Below, piece by piece: positions 53,861 through 64,000 of a DNA stretch of 64,000 nucleotides (the stretch's first letter is position 1; the number at the start of each line of letters is the position of its first letter). Source of the stretch: Alphaproteobacteria bacterium (GTDB taxonomy: Bacteria > Pseudomonadota > Alphaproteobacteria > CBDDJK01). The translations under genes and the position numbers were made by a program. The stretch covers positions 1,274,699 through 1,338,698 of the forward strand of contig OZ245897.1 in NCBI GenBank assembly GCA_965229675.1, written 5' to 3'. Under the pieces are notes generated by a model, which ran no database searches, was not told the DNA's origin, and saw only the letters and a list, made by a program, of their open reading frames with translations.

Positions 53861-54661
53861 ATGACGCATCCTCAAGCAAGTAATGATTATCTGCGTATAG
53901 AGAATTTACATAAATCTTATGGTGATTTGGAGGTCATTAAAGGCGTAAACTTTTCAATTGATGAACATAAGGTATTATCTTTGATTGGGGCTTCTGGGTC
54001 TGGAAAATCAACAATTTTGCGCTGTATTAACTTGCTGGAGATGCCTAACCAAGGTGATATTTTCATTGACGGAGAGCGCATGCCGCTTAGCCAACCCGCC
54101 ACAGGTGCCCCCTCCGCCTCAGCTGTACGTAAAATAACTAATAAAAAACGGCTTTGTGAAATTCGTTCAAAACTTGGCATGGTTTTTCAACAATTTAATC
54201 TTTGGGCGCATATGACGGTTTTGGAAAATGTAATTGAAGGCCCTGTTCAAGTATTAGGCATGCCCAAAGAAAAAGCGGTGGAGCGGGCTGAATTTTTCTT
54301 GGATCGTGTTGGAATTTTAGATAAAAAAGATAAGTTCCCTAGTCAACTTTCTGGTGGTCAGCAACAACGTGTTGCAATTGCGCGTACTTTGGCGATGAAT
54401 CCCAAAGTCATGTTATTTGACGAACCAACCTCTGCCCTAGACCCTGAAATGGTTGGCGAAGTCTTGAGTGTCATGCGTGACCTTGCATCGGAGGGGAGGA
54501 GTATGGTAGTGGTAACGCATGAAATGGGCTTTGCCAGAGAGGTCTCTAATAAAGTGATTTTTCTTCATCAAGGCATAATCCGCGAGGAGGGAAGCCCTGA
54601 AGAAGTGTTTGGCAATCCGCATTCGGCTGAATGCCAGCAATTTTTAAATCAAGTGCTTTAA
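53861..54661 (+). CDS. Polar amino-acid ABC transporter ATP-binding protein (HisP-like)
   Basis: [28 protein letters not shown]. Confidence 0.95.
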   Translation: MTHPQASNDYLRIENLHKSYGDLEVIKGVNFSIDEHKVLSLIGASGSGKSTILRCINLLEMPNQGDIFIDGERMPLSQPATGAPSASAVRKITNKKRLCEIRSKLGMVFQQFNLWAHMTVLENVIEGPVQVLGMPKEKAVERAEFFLDRVGILDKKDKFPSQLSGGQQQRVAIARTLAMNPKVMLFDEPTSALDPEMVGEVLSVMRDLASEGRSMVVVTHEMGFAREVSNKVIFLHQGIIREEGSPEEVFGNPHSAECQQFLNQVL

Positions 54662-54688
54662 TTTTAAAAAATAACAGAAAGGTAAATT

Positions 54689-55435
54689 ATGAAAAAACTT
54701 ATTTTAGCAATGACCATGGCAGGAATCATGGCAGTCGGCGTAATGGCATCTGCAAAAGCAGATGGCGTGCTACGGATTGCATCGGAAGGGGCGTATCCTC
54801 CCTTCAATAATATGACCGCAGATGGCGAGCTTGTTGGCTTTGATATTGATATTGCAAAAGCCCTTTGCGCAGAAATGAAGCGGAAATGTGAACTTGTCGC
54901 GCAAGATTGGGATGGCATTATCCCAAGCCTTGTGAATGATAAATATGATGCGATTATCGCCTCTGTTTCCATTACGGAAGAACGATTGAAAGTCATTGAT
55001 TTCACAAATCCTTATTATAGCAATTATCTTAGCGTTATTGCCAAGAATGGTGCGGCGATCAATCTTGAAAATCTTGGGGATTTCACAGTTGGCGCACAGC
55101 GTTCAACGGTTGGTTCACAATGGTTAGAGGATAATTATGGACGGCGTGCCGACATTAAATTATACGATACCAACCCTGCCGCCCTTTCTGATTTAGAATC
55201 AGGACGGATTGACGCCGTTGTTGCTGATTTTATCCCAGCAGAAGATTGGCTGAGCAAAACCGATGGTTTCAGCCAAATGGCGGGTAAAATTGATATTGGT
55301 GACATGATCGGAATTGGCATTCGTAAGGGTGAAGATGCCCTTAAAGCGGACTTTAACGCTGCGCTTAAAGCCATTCGTGAAAATGGAACCTATCAAGCAA
55401 TTAGTAATGAATATTTTGGTACGGATATATTTTAA
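54689..55435 (+). CDS. Polar amino-acid ABC transporter substrate-binding protein (HisJ/ArgT-like)
   Basis: Signal peptide, EGAYPPFN, GFDIDIA, WDGIIP. Confidence 0.93.
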   Translation: MKKLILAMTMAGIMAVGVMASAKADGVLRIASEGAYPPFNNMTADGELVGFDIDIAKALCAEMKRKCELVAQDWDGIIPSLVNDKYDAIIASVSITEERLKVIDFTNPYYSNYLSVIAKNGAAINLENLGDFTVGAQRSTVGSQWLEDNYGRRADIKLYDTNPAALSDLESGRIDAVVADFIPAEDWLSKTDGFSQMAGKIDIGDMIGIGIRKGEDALKADFNAALKAIRENGTYQAISNEYFGTDIF

Positions 55436-55501
55436 GCATTTTTTCAATTTTAATTAATTCAAAGCTCCACCCATAGCCATAACAGCCCATAGCCATAGCA
55501 A

Positions 55502-56209
55502 ATGGAACTAAGTCTATTAAGTTTTGGTGAAAACGGGTGGGGCGATGAATTTATCTTTGCCACTTTTACAACCCTTCAACTTGCTGCGGTATCGCTTGTC
55601 TTCGCCTTGATCCTAGGCGGGATGTTAGCAGGATTAAAATTATCCAATTGGCGATTATTAAAAATTTTAGCAAACGCCTATACTTTATTCATAAGGGGCG
55701 TTCCTGAATTTTTGATCATTCTGATTATCTTTTTTGGCTCTGAAAAGACAATCAACGGCATCATTGGCTTATTGGGTTACGATTTCACGATTGAAGTGCC
55801 AAAATTTGCGGCAGCAGCAGCAGGGCTTGCCTTAATTTTTGCAGCCTATGTTTGTGAAATTATCAGGGGGGCTTATCTTGCGGTGCCTTCAGGACAGATG
55901 GAGGCAGCACAGGCAATCGGCATGCGCCCCCTTCAAGCCATGATCAGAATAAAACTTCCACAGCTTTGGCGATATGCGCTTCCAGGGCTTGGCAATCTAT
56001 GGATGGTGGTGTTGAAGGATACTTCTTTAGCCGCTGTGATTGCCCTTGATGAAGTGCTTAGGGTCGCAAAATTAGCTGGTGAAACCGAGCGTGAATTATT
56101 GTTATTCTTTGTGCTAGCGGGTGGGATTTATCTGATGTTGACCTCACTATCTGAACTTATCATTCGGCGTTTGGAAATAAAAGCACGCCGTGGCTTAAAT
56201 GTAGCATAA
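55502..56209 (+). CDS. Polar amino-acid ABC transporter permease (HisQ-like)
   Basis: RGVPE, GQMEAAQAIG, LKDTSL. Confidence 0.93.
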   Translation: MELSLLSFGENGWGDEFIFATFTTLQLAAVSLVFALILGGMLAGLKLSNWRLLKILANAYTLFIRGVPEFLIILIIFFGSEKTINGIIGLLGYDFTIEVPKFAAAAAGLALIFAAYVCEIIRGAYLAVPSGQMEAAQAIGMRPLQAMIRIKLPQLWRYALPGLGNLWMVVLKDTSLAAVIALDEVLRVAKLAGETERELLLFFVLAGGIYLMLTSLSELIIRRLEIKARRGLNVA

Positions 56210-56222
56210 TCACGAGCAATCC

Positions 56223-56945
56223 ATGTATGAAGATTTAAAATATACCGCTTCTGATGCATTTTGTGGGGTGGTCTCCCCAATCTCTTCTGAATTATTTCAG
56301 TCAATATGCCCGCGCTTAACAGATGGTATATTCGTCACGATGGAGCTTTTAATCGTCTCAGTCTTTGTCGGTTTTATACTTGCAGTATCGTTGGTATTGG
56401 CGCGTTTGTCCGCTAATCCAATTCTTAATATCCCTGCCCAAACTTTTGTTTATGTATTTCGTGGCACGCCCTTACTGGTGCAATTATGGGTAATTTATTA
56501 CGGTATTGGTAGTTTTGGTGAAGAAAATCTTGGGATTTTATGGCCGTTCTTCAAGGATGCGTGGTGGATTGGCGCGTTCGTATTAACCTTGAATACAAGT
56601 GCTTATGTTTGTGAAATTTTACGGGGCGGCTTGGTCAATGTTGACCGTGGCCAGATGGAAGCGGCACAGGCAATCGGCATGAGCTGGCTTAACGCCATGC
56701 GGCGGATCATGTTCCCGCAAGCCTTAAAGATAGCATGGCCTGCTTATGGTAATGAAATCATCCTATTAATGAAAGGCAGTGCCTTAATTTCAACCATTAC
56801 TGTCTTGGATTTAATGGGACAAACCCGCACCGCATTTGCAAGAAATTTCGACCTAATGACCTATTTTTATGCCGCTATTTATTATCTTATCCTTGTTGGG
56901 CTAATCACCCTATTGCTATCAAAGATCGAGCGATACAATAAATGA
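56223..56945 (+). CDS. Polar amino-acid ABC transporter permease (HisM-like)
   Basis: FRGTPLLVQ, LNTSAY, GQMEAA. Confidence 0.93.
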   Translation: MYEDLKYTASDAFCGVVSPISSELFQSICPRLTDGIFVTMELLIVSVFVGFILAVSLVLARLSANPILNIPAQTFVYVFRGTPLLVQLWVIYYGIGSFGEENLGILWPFFKDAWWIGAFVLTLNTSAYVCEILRGGLVNVDRGQMEAAQAIGMSWLNAMRRIMFPQALKIAWPAYGNEIILLMKGSALISTITVLDLMGQTRTAFARNFDLMTYFYAAIYYLILVGLITLLLSKIERYNK

Positions 56946-56993
56946 CTCATAAGTTGGATATGATTTTTATAGGTTTATACCTAGGGACTCCCC

Positions 56994-57833
56994 TTAACTT
57001 AACACACCTGCATGATGATTAATGTGATGTTCAATAAAGGATTGGATGAAGTAATAGCTGTGGTCATAGCCTGCGCGGTGATTGAGGATAAGCGATTGGT
57101 TGACATTTTTGCAGGCATCTTCAAATAATTCTGGTTTTAACTGATCGGTTAAAAATGCATCGCTGGTGCCTTGATCAATTAAAATTTCTGGAAATTTACT
57201 ACGGTCACCTGCTTTGCGGATTAAGGCACAAGCATCATGCGCCTGCCATAAAGTTTGGTCGCTCCCAAGATAGCCTGAAAAGGCTTTTTGTCCCCATGGG
57301 ACTTGGGACGGCGCAACAATCGGCGAAAAGGCCGAAATTGATTTAAATAAATCTGGATATTTAAGTCCAAGCGTTAAGGCACCATGCCCGCCCATTGAAT
57401 GCCCACAAACCCCTTGTTGATCTTGTGAAAGGGGGAATTTATTGACAATCAAACTATTTAATTCGCAGGCAATATAATCCTCCATCCTATAATGGCGATT
57501 CCAAGGGAATTGGGTTGCATTCAAATAAAAGCCTGCGCCTTTGCCAAAATCATAATCCTCAACATCAGAGACATCATCCCCGCGCGGAGAAGTATCGGGG
57601 GCAACAATCGCAAGCCCTGCCTTTGCCGCGAACCCATAAGCCCCTGCCTTTGTCGTAAAATTTTCGTGTGTGCAGGTTAGCCCTGAAAGAAAGGTTATAA
57701 AAGGTATTTTGTGATTATGCACTTGCGGCGGAAGAAAGATGGAAAACACCATCTTACAATTAAGGGCTTCGCTGTCATGTTCAACAATCGATAATTCGCC
57801 GCCATGACAATGATATTTATTAAGTATTTTCAT
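56994..57833 (-). CDS. fghA: S-formylglutathione hydrolase
   Basis: LSGLTC, PDTSPRG, GHSMGGHG, GYDHSYYF; probable start 57833. Confidence 0.96.
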   Translation of the reverse strand: MKILNKYHCHGGELSIVEHDSEALNCKMVFSIFLPPQVHNHKIPFITFLSGLTCTHENFTTKAGAYGFAAKAGLAIVAPDTSPRGDDVSDVEDYDFGKGAGFYLNATQFPWNRHYRMEDYIACELNSLIVNKFPLSQDQQGVCGHSMGGHGALTLGLKYPDLFKSISAFSPIVAPSQVPWGQKAFSGYLGSDQTLWQAHDACALIRKAGDRSKFPEILIDQGTSDAFLTDQLKPELFEDACKNVNQSLILNHRAGYDHSYYFIQSFIEHHINHHAGVLS

Positions 57834-57837
57834 GATA

Positions 57838-58944
57838 TTAATAAACGATGACGCTGCGAATTGATTTGCCTTCATGCATCAGGTCAAAGGCATGATTAAC
57901 TTCCTCAAGTGGCATGGTATGGGTGATCAGATCATCAATATTTAACTTACCATCCATATACCAATCAACAATCTTTGGCACATCAGTACGCCCACGCGCG
58001 CCACCAAATGCAGTACCACGCCACACACGCCCTGTTACCAATTGAAATGGACGGGTGGCGATTTCCTGCCCAGCTCCTGCAACGCCGATAATAATGCTCT
58101 CCCCCCATCCTTTATGACAGCATTCCAACGCTTGGCGCATAGTTTCAACATTGCCAATACATTCAAACGAATAATCAACGCCGCCATTGGTTAAATCGCA
58201 AATCGCTTCTATCACATTATCTGTGGTTTTTGGATTAATAAAGTCCGTCATGCCAAATTTGGTTGCAAGTGCGGTTTTAGATGGATTAACATCAATCCCG
58301 ATAATCTTGGATGCGCCGACCATTGCTGCGCCTTGGATCACATTAAGACCAATCCCGCCAAGGCCAAATACGGCAACAGTTGACCCTGTTTCAACTTTCG
58401 CATCAAAAACAACCGCACCAACACCAGTTGTAACCCCGCACCCAATATAGCACACTTTATCAAAAGGGGCATCTTCACGAATTTTGGCAAGGGCAATTTC
58501 TGGTAAAACGGTAAAATTAGAAAAAGTTGAACATCCCATATAATGCAAGATTGGCTTGCCGTTTAATGAAAATCGGCTGGTGCCATCTGGCATGACCCCT
58601 GCACCTTGTGTTGTGCGGATGGATTGGCAAAGATTAGTCTTTGGATGCAGGCAAAAATCACATTCACGGCATTCAGGGGTGTAAAGTGGAATGACGTGAT
58701 CCCCTGGCTTTAAGGAGGTAACGCCCGCCCCAATCTCCCGCACAATGCCTGCCCCTTCATGACCAAGGATGGCGGGAAATTGTCCTTCAGGATCTTCCCC
58801 TGATAGCGTAAACGCATCCGTGTGACAAACCCCCGTGGCCATATTTTCAACCAACACTTCCCCCGCTTTTGGCCCTTCCAAATCAACGGTTTCAATAACC
58901 AGCGGTGATGCGGCTTCATAAGCAATTGCTGCGCGTGTTTTCAT
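57838..58944 (-). CDS. frmA: S-(hydroxymethyl)glutathione dehydrogenase / class III alcohol dehydrogenase
   Basis: [27 protein letters not shown]. Confidence 0.97.
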   Translation of the reverse strand: MKTRAAIAYEAASPLVIETVDLEGPKAGEVLVENMATGVCHTDAFTLSGEDPEGQFPAILGHEGAGIVREIGAGVTSLKPGDHVIPLYTPECRECDFCLHPKTNLCQSIRTTQGAGVMPDGTSRFSLNGKPILHYMGCSTFSNFTVLPEIALAKIREDAPFDKVCYIGCGVTTGVGAVVFDAKVETGSTVAVFGLGGIGLNVIQGAAMVGASKIIGIDVNPSKTALATKFGMTDFINPKTTDNVIEAICDLTNGGVDYSFECIGNVETMRQALECCHKGWGESIIIGVAGAGQEIATRPFQLVTGRVWRGTAFGGARGRTDVPKIVDWYMDGKLNIDDLITHTMPLEEVNHAFDLMHEGKSIRSVIVY

Positions 58945-59057
58945 AAATTTTCCCCTTTTTTACCAGTTCTTTTTAATTAATTATAGTTTAGGTAAAAAAC
59001 AAAGGGTGTCAATGATAAAACGATATTGGTAAGGAGGGTTGGATTTATTGCTCCATT

Positions 59058-59813
59058 TTATTCGCTAACAGGCGTTAAGGCTTGTTTTCGCGCTTTAATC
59101 TGTGCAAGGCTTTGATCAAGATACGCATCACGATATCCACCAACCATTGTCTTCAGTGGTTGTATTTGAATAACAGGTTCATCAACCGCAGTAAGTGCAG
59201 GGAGCATCGTGATTTTTTCATCAGGTGTGGTTTGAGGTTGATCAAAAATATCACTGCGCAAATTCGTCCATTTTGTTAGAACCTTCGCTTGATATTGAGT
59301 TCCCCGTGTATCATCTGATGAGTGATAAAAGGATAGAGCCTGTAGCCAATTTCCATGTCGCCGATAAAGCTGCCTTAAAAAACTGGCAGCATAAGCAACA
59401 TTATCAACTGGATTAAACATTTGTTCTATTGATGAAAACGCAATGCCGTGATAGTTATAATTAATTTGCATGCAGCCAATATCTATATTGTTGGTCTGGT
59501 CGATTAAGGCTTGTTCAACGGCATTAACGGCTTCACTGAGATTAGAAAAATAATGCCCTTCCCCTGCAATTGTAACGGTGAATGGCCAAGCAACAATTTT
59601 ACCAGAATGGTTATCTTTATATTCTGATTCTGTTAAGGCTACAGCTTGCAAAAGACCTTGTGGAAAGCCTGCTTGGGATTCTGCAAGGGATAAGGCTTGT
59701 TCGCAAGATGATGAAGATTGATCCAGTTCAGCTTTGGTTGGGTTATAGAAAAATCCCCACAATCCTAGGCTTGCAACTAAAATACTGATTTTTTTTAATA
59801 TATGTTTTGCCAT
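59058..59813 (-). CDS. Lytic transglycosylase (SLT domain; possibly flagellar)
   Basis: AVALTES catalytic Glu, WPFTV, DIGCMQIN, YHS. Confidence 0.88.
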   Translation of the reverse strand: MAKHILKKISILVASLGLWGFFYNPTKAELDQSSSSCEQALSLAESQAGFPQGLLQAVALTESEYKDNHSGKIVAWPFTVTIAGEGHYFSNLSEAVNAVEQALIDQTNNIDIGCMQINYNYHGIAFSSIEQMFNPVDNVAYAASFLRQLYRRHGNWLQALSFYHSSDDTRGTQYQAKVLTKWTNLRSDIFDQPQTTPDEKITMLPALTAVDEPVIQIQPLKTMVGGYRDAYLDQSLAQIKARKQALTPVSE

Positions 59814-59845
59814 TTTTAATCCATTCTAATTAGATTAAAAATTTT

Positions 59846-59863
59846 AAGCAAAATTTATACCAA
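59846..59863 (-). promoter_or_regulatory. Sigma-54 promoter upstream of the lytic transglycosylase
   Basis: Minus strand TTGGTATAAATTTTGCTT, GG-N10-GC. Confidence 0.6.
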
Positions 59864-59912
59864 TTGGGACAAATGCTTTGATTTTTATTAATATTTTCTT
59901 GTTGACATAATG

Positions 59913-60227
59913 TTAAGAATCATGGTCTGAATTTGTGTTCAGCATTTTTTCAATATCGATAGCAAGGCTATTATCTTCTTTGATAAAGACTTCTCCTTCA
60001 GCAATTGAACGATTTTGACAGCGCAGTTCAAGCGGGTCACCTAATTTACGATTAAGCTCAATCACGGCACCGCGTCCGACTTTTAACAAATTGGCAATAT
60101 TGATATCGGCGGTGCCTAAAATGGCGGTGATTTCAACGGGGATATCCTCAAATGCAAGGCCAGAAGCGGCATGGGATTTGATGTTTTCCCGCTCTTCTTC
60201 AGATAATTCGACTGTCTCTTCTGCCAT
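59913..60227 (-). CDS. fliN: FliN/FliM C-terminal (SpoA) domain protein
   Basis: DIPVEITAILG, GAVIELNR, IAEGEV; probable start 60227. Confidence 0.75.
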   Translation of the reverse strand: MAEETVELSEEERENIKSHAASGLAFEDIPVEITAILGTADINIANLLKVGRGAVIELNRKLGDPLELRCQNRSIAEGEVFIKEDNSLAIDIEKMLNTNSDHDS

Positions 60228-60250
60228 AATGCCGTCTCCGATCAAAACAT

Positions 60251-61822
60251 TTATGGTTTTCGGTTCAATGCCTCATCAATCAATGCCAGCGTACGATCAA
60301 TTCCATAAATCACATAAAAGGAACCTATTCGCGGCCCACTATCTTGGCCAAGCAAGCACTGATATTGCGCCTTAAACCAATCACGCAATGCTGGATAATC
60401 ATGCGCCATTCCTACATCATAAACCTGATTCTGAATCAATTCCAGATCTGATTGTGCCTCTTTATCAAGGGAAGCCAAGCGTGCTTTCAAATCAACCAAT
60501 GCCGCACGGTCTTTTTCATTGGGAATGCGATAATGTTTGTTGGGTAGCACAAAATCTTGATAATAGGCGATGGCAAAATCAACCAACTGATCTAAAGCTG
60601 GCATGGTGGAGGCCTCCGCCCCCTTTAAATAGCGCGATATAAATCCCCATAAAAGCGTGCGATCTGCGCTATTGGAAGCGGCAACCAAGTTAAGTAACAT
60701 TGAAAAACTGATTGGCGTTTTTGCTGTTTGCGGTGGTATGCCTTGATGAATATGCCAAAGGGGATTTTCAATTTGTTCAGCTGGAGATTGCCGCTCAAAG
60801 CTTGATAAATGCGCCTGATACTCATCAACATTGCGTGGGATAACATCAAAATAAAGCCGTTTTCCTGTTTTTGGCTTGCCATACATAAAATAAGCAAGCG
60901 AAGATTCAGGGCCATAGCGTAACCATTCTTCCATACTAAGCCCATTCCCCTTGGATTTTGATATTTTAGCCCCATGTTCATCAAGAAATAATTCATAGGT
61001 AAAGCCATCAGGCGGTTGGCTTCCCAAGGCGCGACAAATGGCTGAAGATAATTTAACAGAATCGATTAAATCTTTTCCTGACATTTCATAATCAACGCCA
61101 AGCACATGCCAACGCAATCCCCAATCAGGTTTCCATTGCAACTTGCAACGCCCACCAGTAATTTTTGTTGTATGGGTTGATTGGTCTGCTTTGCGATAAG
61201 TGATTGTACCAGAATCGCAATCCCAATCGGTAATTGGAACTTGTAAAACTTCATTTGTATCGGGATCAATTGGCATAAATGGGCTATAGTCAGCCGCACG
61301 CTGTTCACGCAAAGAAGGAAGCATGATCTTCATCACCCGATCATAATTTTCAAGCATATCTTGCAGCCCTTGATCAAACCTTCCCGATTGATAGGTTTCC
61401 GTGGAGGAGACAAACTTATAATCAAATTCAAAGCGGTCTAAAAACGCCCTTAAACGCGCATTATTGTGGTGGGCGAAGCTTTCATATTTTTCATAAGGGT
61501 CTGGTACTTGCGTAAGTGGCTTATTTAAATGTTCTGCGATAAGTTGCTGATTGGGAATATTGGTTGGCACGCGCCGCAATCCATCCATATCATCCGAAAA
61601 ACAGATTAATTTTGTTGGAAGATCGCTTAATTTTGTAAACGCATGGCGCACCATTGTTGTGCGCAGCACCTCGCCAAATGTACCAATATGGGGTAATCCT
61701 GAAGGGCCATAGCCCGTTTCAAACAGCACATACCCTTTTTTAGGAGGCGTTTTTTCAAACCGCTTTACAAGTTTTCTTGCTTCTTCAAAAGGCCAAGCCT
61801 TGGCATTCATCCAATCTGTCAT
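60251..61822 (-). CDS. lysS: Lysine--tRNA ligase, class I
   Basis: [27 protein letters not shown]. Confidence 0.97.
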   Translation of the reverse strand: MTDWMNAKAWPFEEARKLVKRFEKTPPKKGYVLFETGYGPSGLPHIGTFGEVLRTTMVRHAFTKLSDLPTKLICFSDDMDGLRRVPTNIPNQQLIAEHLNKPLTQVPDPYEKYESFAHHNNARLRAFLDRFEFDYKFVSSTETYQSGRFDQGLQDMLENYDRVMKIMLPSLREQRAADYSPFMPIDPDTNEVLQVPITDWDCDSGTITYRKADQSTHTTKITGGRCKLQWKPDWGLRWHVLGVDYEMSGKDLIDSVKLSSAICRALGSQPPDGFTYELFLDEHGAKISKSKGNGLSMEEWLRYGPESSLAYFMYGKPKTGKRLYFDVIPRNVDEYQAHLSSFERQSPAEQIENPLWHIHQGIPPQTAKTPISFSMLLNLVAASNSADRTLLWGFISRYLKGAEASTMPALDQLVDFAIAYYQDFVLPNKHYRIPNEKDRAALVDLKARLASLDKEAQSDLELIQNQVYDVGMAHDYPALRDWFKAQYQCLLGQDSGPRIGSFYVIYGIDRTLALIDEALNRKP

Positions 61823-61853
61823 TTTAAGCGGTTATCATCTGATTGTTTGAATT

Positions 61854-62330
61854 TTAGGAGGATTCGTCCGTATCATCCTCGAAGATCATGCCTGCCATAG
61901 CTTCATCCCGAAGCTGTTCGTTTGCCATGACATCTTCATTCACTTCATCAAGTTCAGCGTCAATTTCGTCATCTTCATCAAGATTTGGTAATTGATCAAG
62001 ATCAGATAAGGCGTCTTCACTTACCGCATTATCAAATTCACCCGCATCAGCCATGGATTGTGCGAACGCATCATCATCATCCAGCATTTCAGGCTCATCG
62101 CGCTCTCTAAACCTTTGTAAGCCTGCAACTAAAGTGCCGTTTAATTGATCAAGATCAAGATCGGTATCTGCAATTTCCCTTAATGCAATAACAGGATTTT
62201 TTTCATCCTCACGTGGAATGTTTAAGGTCGCGCCGCCCGCAATATCACGGCTACGCTGCCCAGCCAGCAAAATTAAATCAAAGCGATTTGGAACTTTTTG
62301 GACACAATCTTCAACGGTAACACGCGCCAT
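61854..62330 (-). CDS. rpoZ: RNA polymerase omega subunit with acidic extension
   Basis: MARVTVEDC..NRFDL, KNPVIALREI. Confidence 0.97.
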   Translation of the reverse strand: MARVTVEDCVQKVPNRFDLILLAGQRSRDIAGGATLNIPREDEKNPVIALREIADTDLDLDQLNGTLVAGLQRFRERDEPEMLDDDDAFAQSMADAGEFDNAVSEDALSDLDQLPNLDEDDEIDAELDEVNEDVMANEQLRDEAMAGMIFEDDTDESS

Positions 62331-62516
62331 TGCCTGAAACTCCTTATTATTATTTCATGGAAAATTATTGAGATGACCCTTTAGCAAATCCTCTATAGCC
62401 TGTCTATAGAAAAGAATATAATAATAGTGGAACATGCTTGGAAAAAGGGCATGAAAAGCTTATAAGCTTGAATGGATTACAAAAATAGCAAATAAAAAGT
62501 TAAACGATAACCATCA

Positions 62517-63308
62517 ATGAACACAAAAAAACCAAAGATTCATTATCTAGCAGGAGAGAATCATGAAGCGCAAATAGCACTTCATGAATTAAAACAAATG
62601 TACCCGCATGAAGAAAATCCACGCCAAGCCGATTTGTTGGTTGTTTTGGGTGGGGATGGTTTCATGCTGCGTATCTTAAGGGAACAATTAACACCAGATT
62701 CCGAACTTTGTGGAAAACCCGTTTATGGCATGAATCGGGGAACCGTTGGATTTTTGCTTAATGAGTATAATCAAGAATATTTAATAGAACGCTTGGAAAA
62801 GGCGCGTGCTTATGTTCTTAATCCTTTATTGGCTGAGGTTAAGGATAGCAATCATGCTGAATTATCCGCACATGCTTTGAACGAAGTTTCACTGTTTCGC
62901 CAAACCCATCAAGCCGCAACGGTTGATATTCATATTGATGAAGTTCAGCGCATGGCTGAGTTAGTATGCGATGGAGTGATGGTCGCAACCCCTGCAGGTA
63001 GCACGGCTTATAATTTATCAGTACATGGCCCTATTTTACCAGTTGGAGCGAATTTACTGGCTTTAACACCGATTAGCCCGTTTCGGCCAAGACGCTGGCG
63101 AGGGGCTTTGCTTTCAGCTGATGCAAGCATTGAATTTAAAGTAAAAAATAGTGCAAAACGTCCAGTTGGTGCAGTTGCTGATAATATTGAATTTCGTGAT
63201 GTTCAATCGGTTAAAATCGGTTATGATCGTTCTTTAAAGGTTACCTTATTATTTGACCCCGAACATAATTTAGAAGAACGTATTTTAAACGAACAATTTC
63301 ATGGATAA
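62517..63308 (+). CDS. nadK: NAD kinase
   Basis: GGDG, GTVGFL, NE, TPAGSTAYNLS. Confidence 0.96.
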   Translation: MNTKKPKIHYLAGENHEAQIALHELKQMYPHEENPRQADLLVVLGGDGFMLRILREQLTPDSELCGKPVYGMNRGTVGFLLNEYNQEYLIERLEKARAYVLNPLLAEVKDSNHAELSAHALNEVSLFRQTHQAATVDIHIDEVQRMAELVCDGVMVATPAGSTAYNLSVHGPILPVGANLLALTPISPFRPRRWRGALLSADASIEFKVKNSAKRPVGAVADNIEFRDVQSVKIGYDRSLKVTLLFDPEHNLEERILNEQFHG

Positions 63309-63311
63309 AGA

Positions 63312-63914
63312 ATGAGTAAAGACATAAAAATAGATTTTAATGCGCTTCGTGGAAAGCGCAAAGATGGTTATTTAACAGGAAAGATGTTGATTGCCATGCC
63401 ACAAGTTGTGGATAAACGCTATCGGCGTAGCGTAATTGTTCTTTATGAACATAATGAAAATGGCGCAAAAGGCTTTTCCGTTAATCGCAAAACTGAAAAA
63501 GTTACCTTTGCCGAATTAACCAACCAACTTAAAATAAACTGCCAAAACCCACCTGAACCTTCAATGTATCAGGGCGGAAATGTTGATAATATGCGCGGTT
63601 TTGTCTTGCATTCTGCTGATCGCCCTTATCGCACTAGCCTTACTGTTGCAGAAGGATTGTTAATGACCAGTAGCATAGACCCGCTAAGCGAGATTGCAAA
63701 TCGCCTAGGACCAAAACAACGGATGGTATTGCTAGGGCAGATGGTATGGGCAGCAGGGGAGTTAGAGCGCGAACTTGCAGAAAATCAATGGCTGATCATG
63801 GATCATGATGTAAGCCTAATCTTTGAGGATCAAGAACGGGGGAAATGGTTGAATGCTATGCGCAAGATGGGGCTTGATCCCGCGATGCTTTCTGTAACAA
63901 CAGGTGAAAGTTAA
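63312..63914 (+). CDS. YqgE/AlgH family protein
   Basis: LIAMP, RSVI, GG.V, RGFVLH, W..GELE.E..N.W. Confidence 0.9.
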   Translation: MSKDIKIDFNALRGKRKDGYLTGKMLIAMPQVVDKRYRRSVIVLYEHNENGAKGFSVNRKTEKVTFAELTNQLKINCQNPPEPSMYQGGNVDNMRGFVLHSADRPYRTSLTVAEGLLMTSSIDPLSEIANRLGPKQRMVLLGQMVWAAGELERELAENQWLIMDHDVSLIFEDQERGKWLNAMRKMGLDPAMLSVTTGES

Positions 63915-63927
63915 AGTTTTTAGTAAG

Positions 63928-64000
63928 ATGAGTTCACAAAAATGGCTTGATGAATTTATCAGCCTCCATCCAAAATATATTGATCTTGATTTATCGCGGG
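63928..64000 (+). CDS. folC: Probable folylpolyglutamate synthase N-terminus (runs off window)
   Basis: MSSQKWLDEFISLHPKYIDLDLSR resembles the FolC N-terminal HPK.IDL.L.R motif; only 24 codons visible. Confidence 0.6.
   Translation, partial: MSSQKWLDEFISLHPKYIDLDLSR

Overview
Chromosomal window from an alphaproteobacterium, judged from the F1-only atpHAGDC operon, cobST, class I lysS, fabA-fabB-fabI and a Roseobacter-style split methionine synthase. Most of it is housekeeping DNA in heavily shuffled order: a TRAP transporter, tRNA-Thr(TGT), ATP synthase F1, trpS, lysA, two cysteine desulfurases, ssb, rsmA, cobST, an orphan flgE, dnaB, nuoCDEF, fab genes, upp, a cobalamin operon, thrS-infC, metF/RamA/pterin methyltransferase, a polar amino-acid ABC transporter, fghA/frmA, lysS, rpoZ and nadK. 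There are two IS elements: a damaged IS630 and an IS5-family element inserted in the nuoF tail. The standout is an AT-rich module at about 49.6-53.2 kb. Two convergent genes, a cyclopropane-fatty-acid-synthase-like methyltransferase and an unknown polytopic membrane protein, are bracketed by a perfect 19-bp inverted repeat (GTGATAACTAAAAATTATG) that contains both start codons, and an intact Xer-like tyrosine recombinase lies immediately next to it. This looks like an invertible either/or gene-swap switch, with one expressed slot (Shine-Dalgarno and putative promoter) and one hairpin-occluded slot. The repeats are seen directly; the inversion itself is an inference that needs testing.
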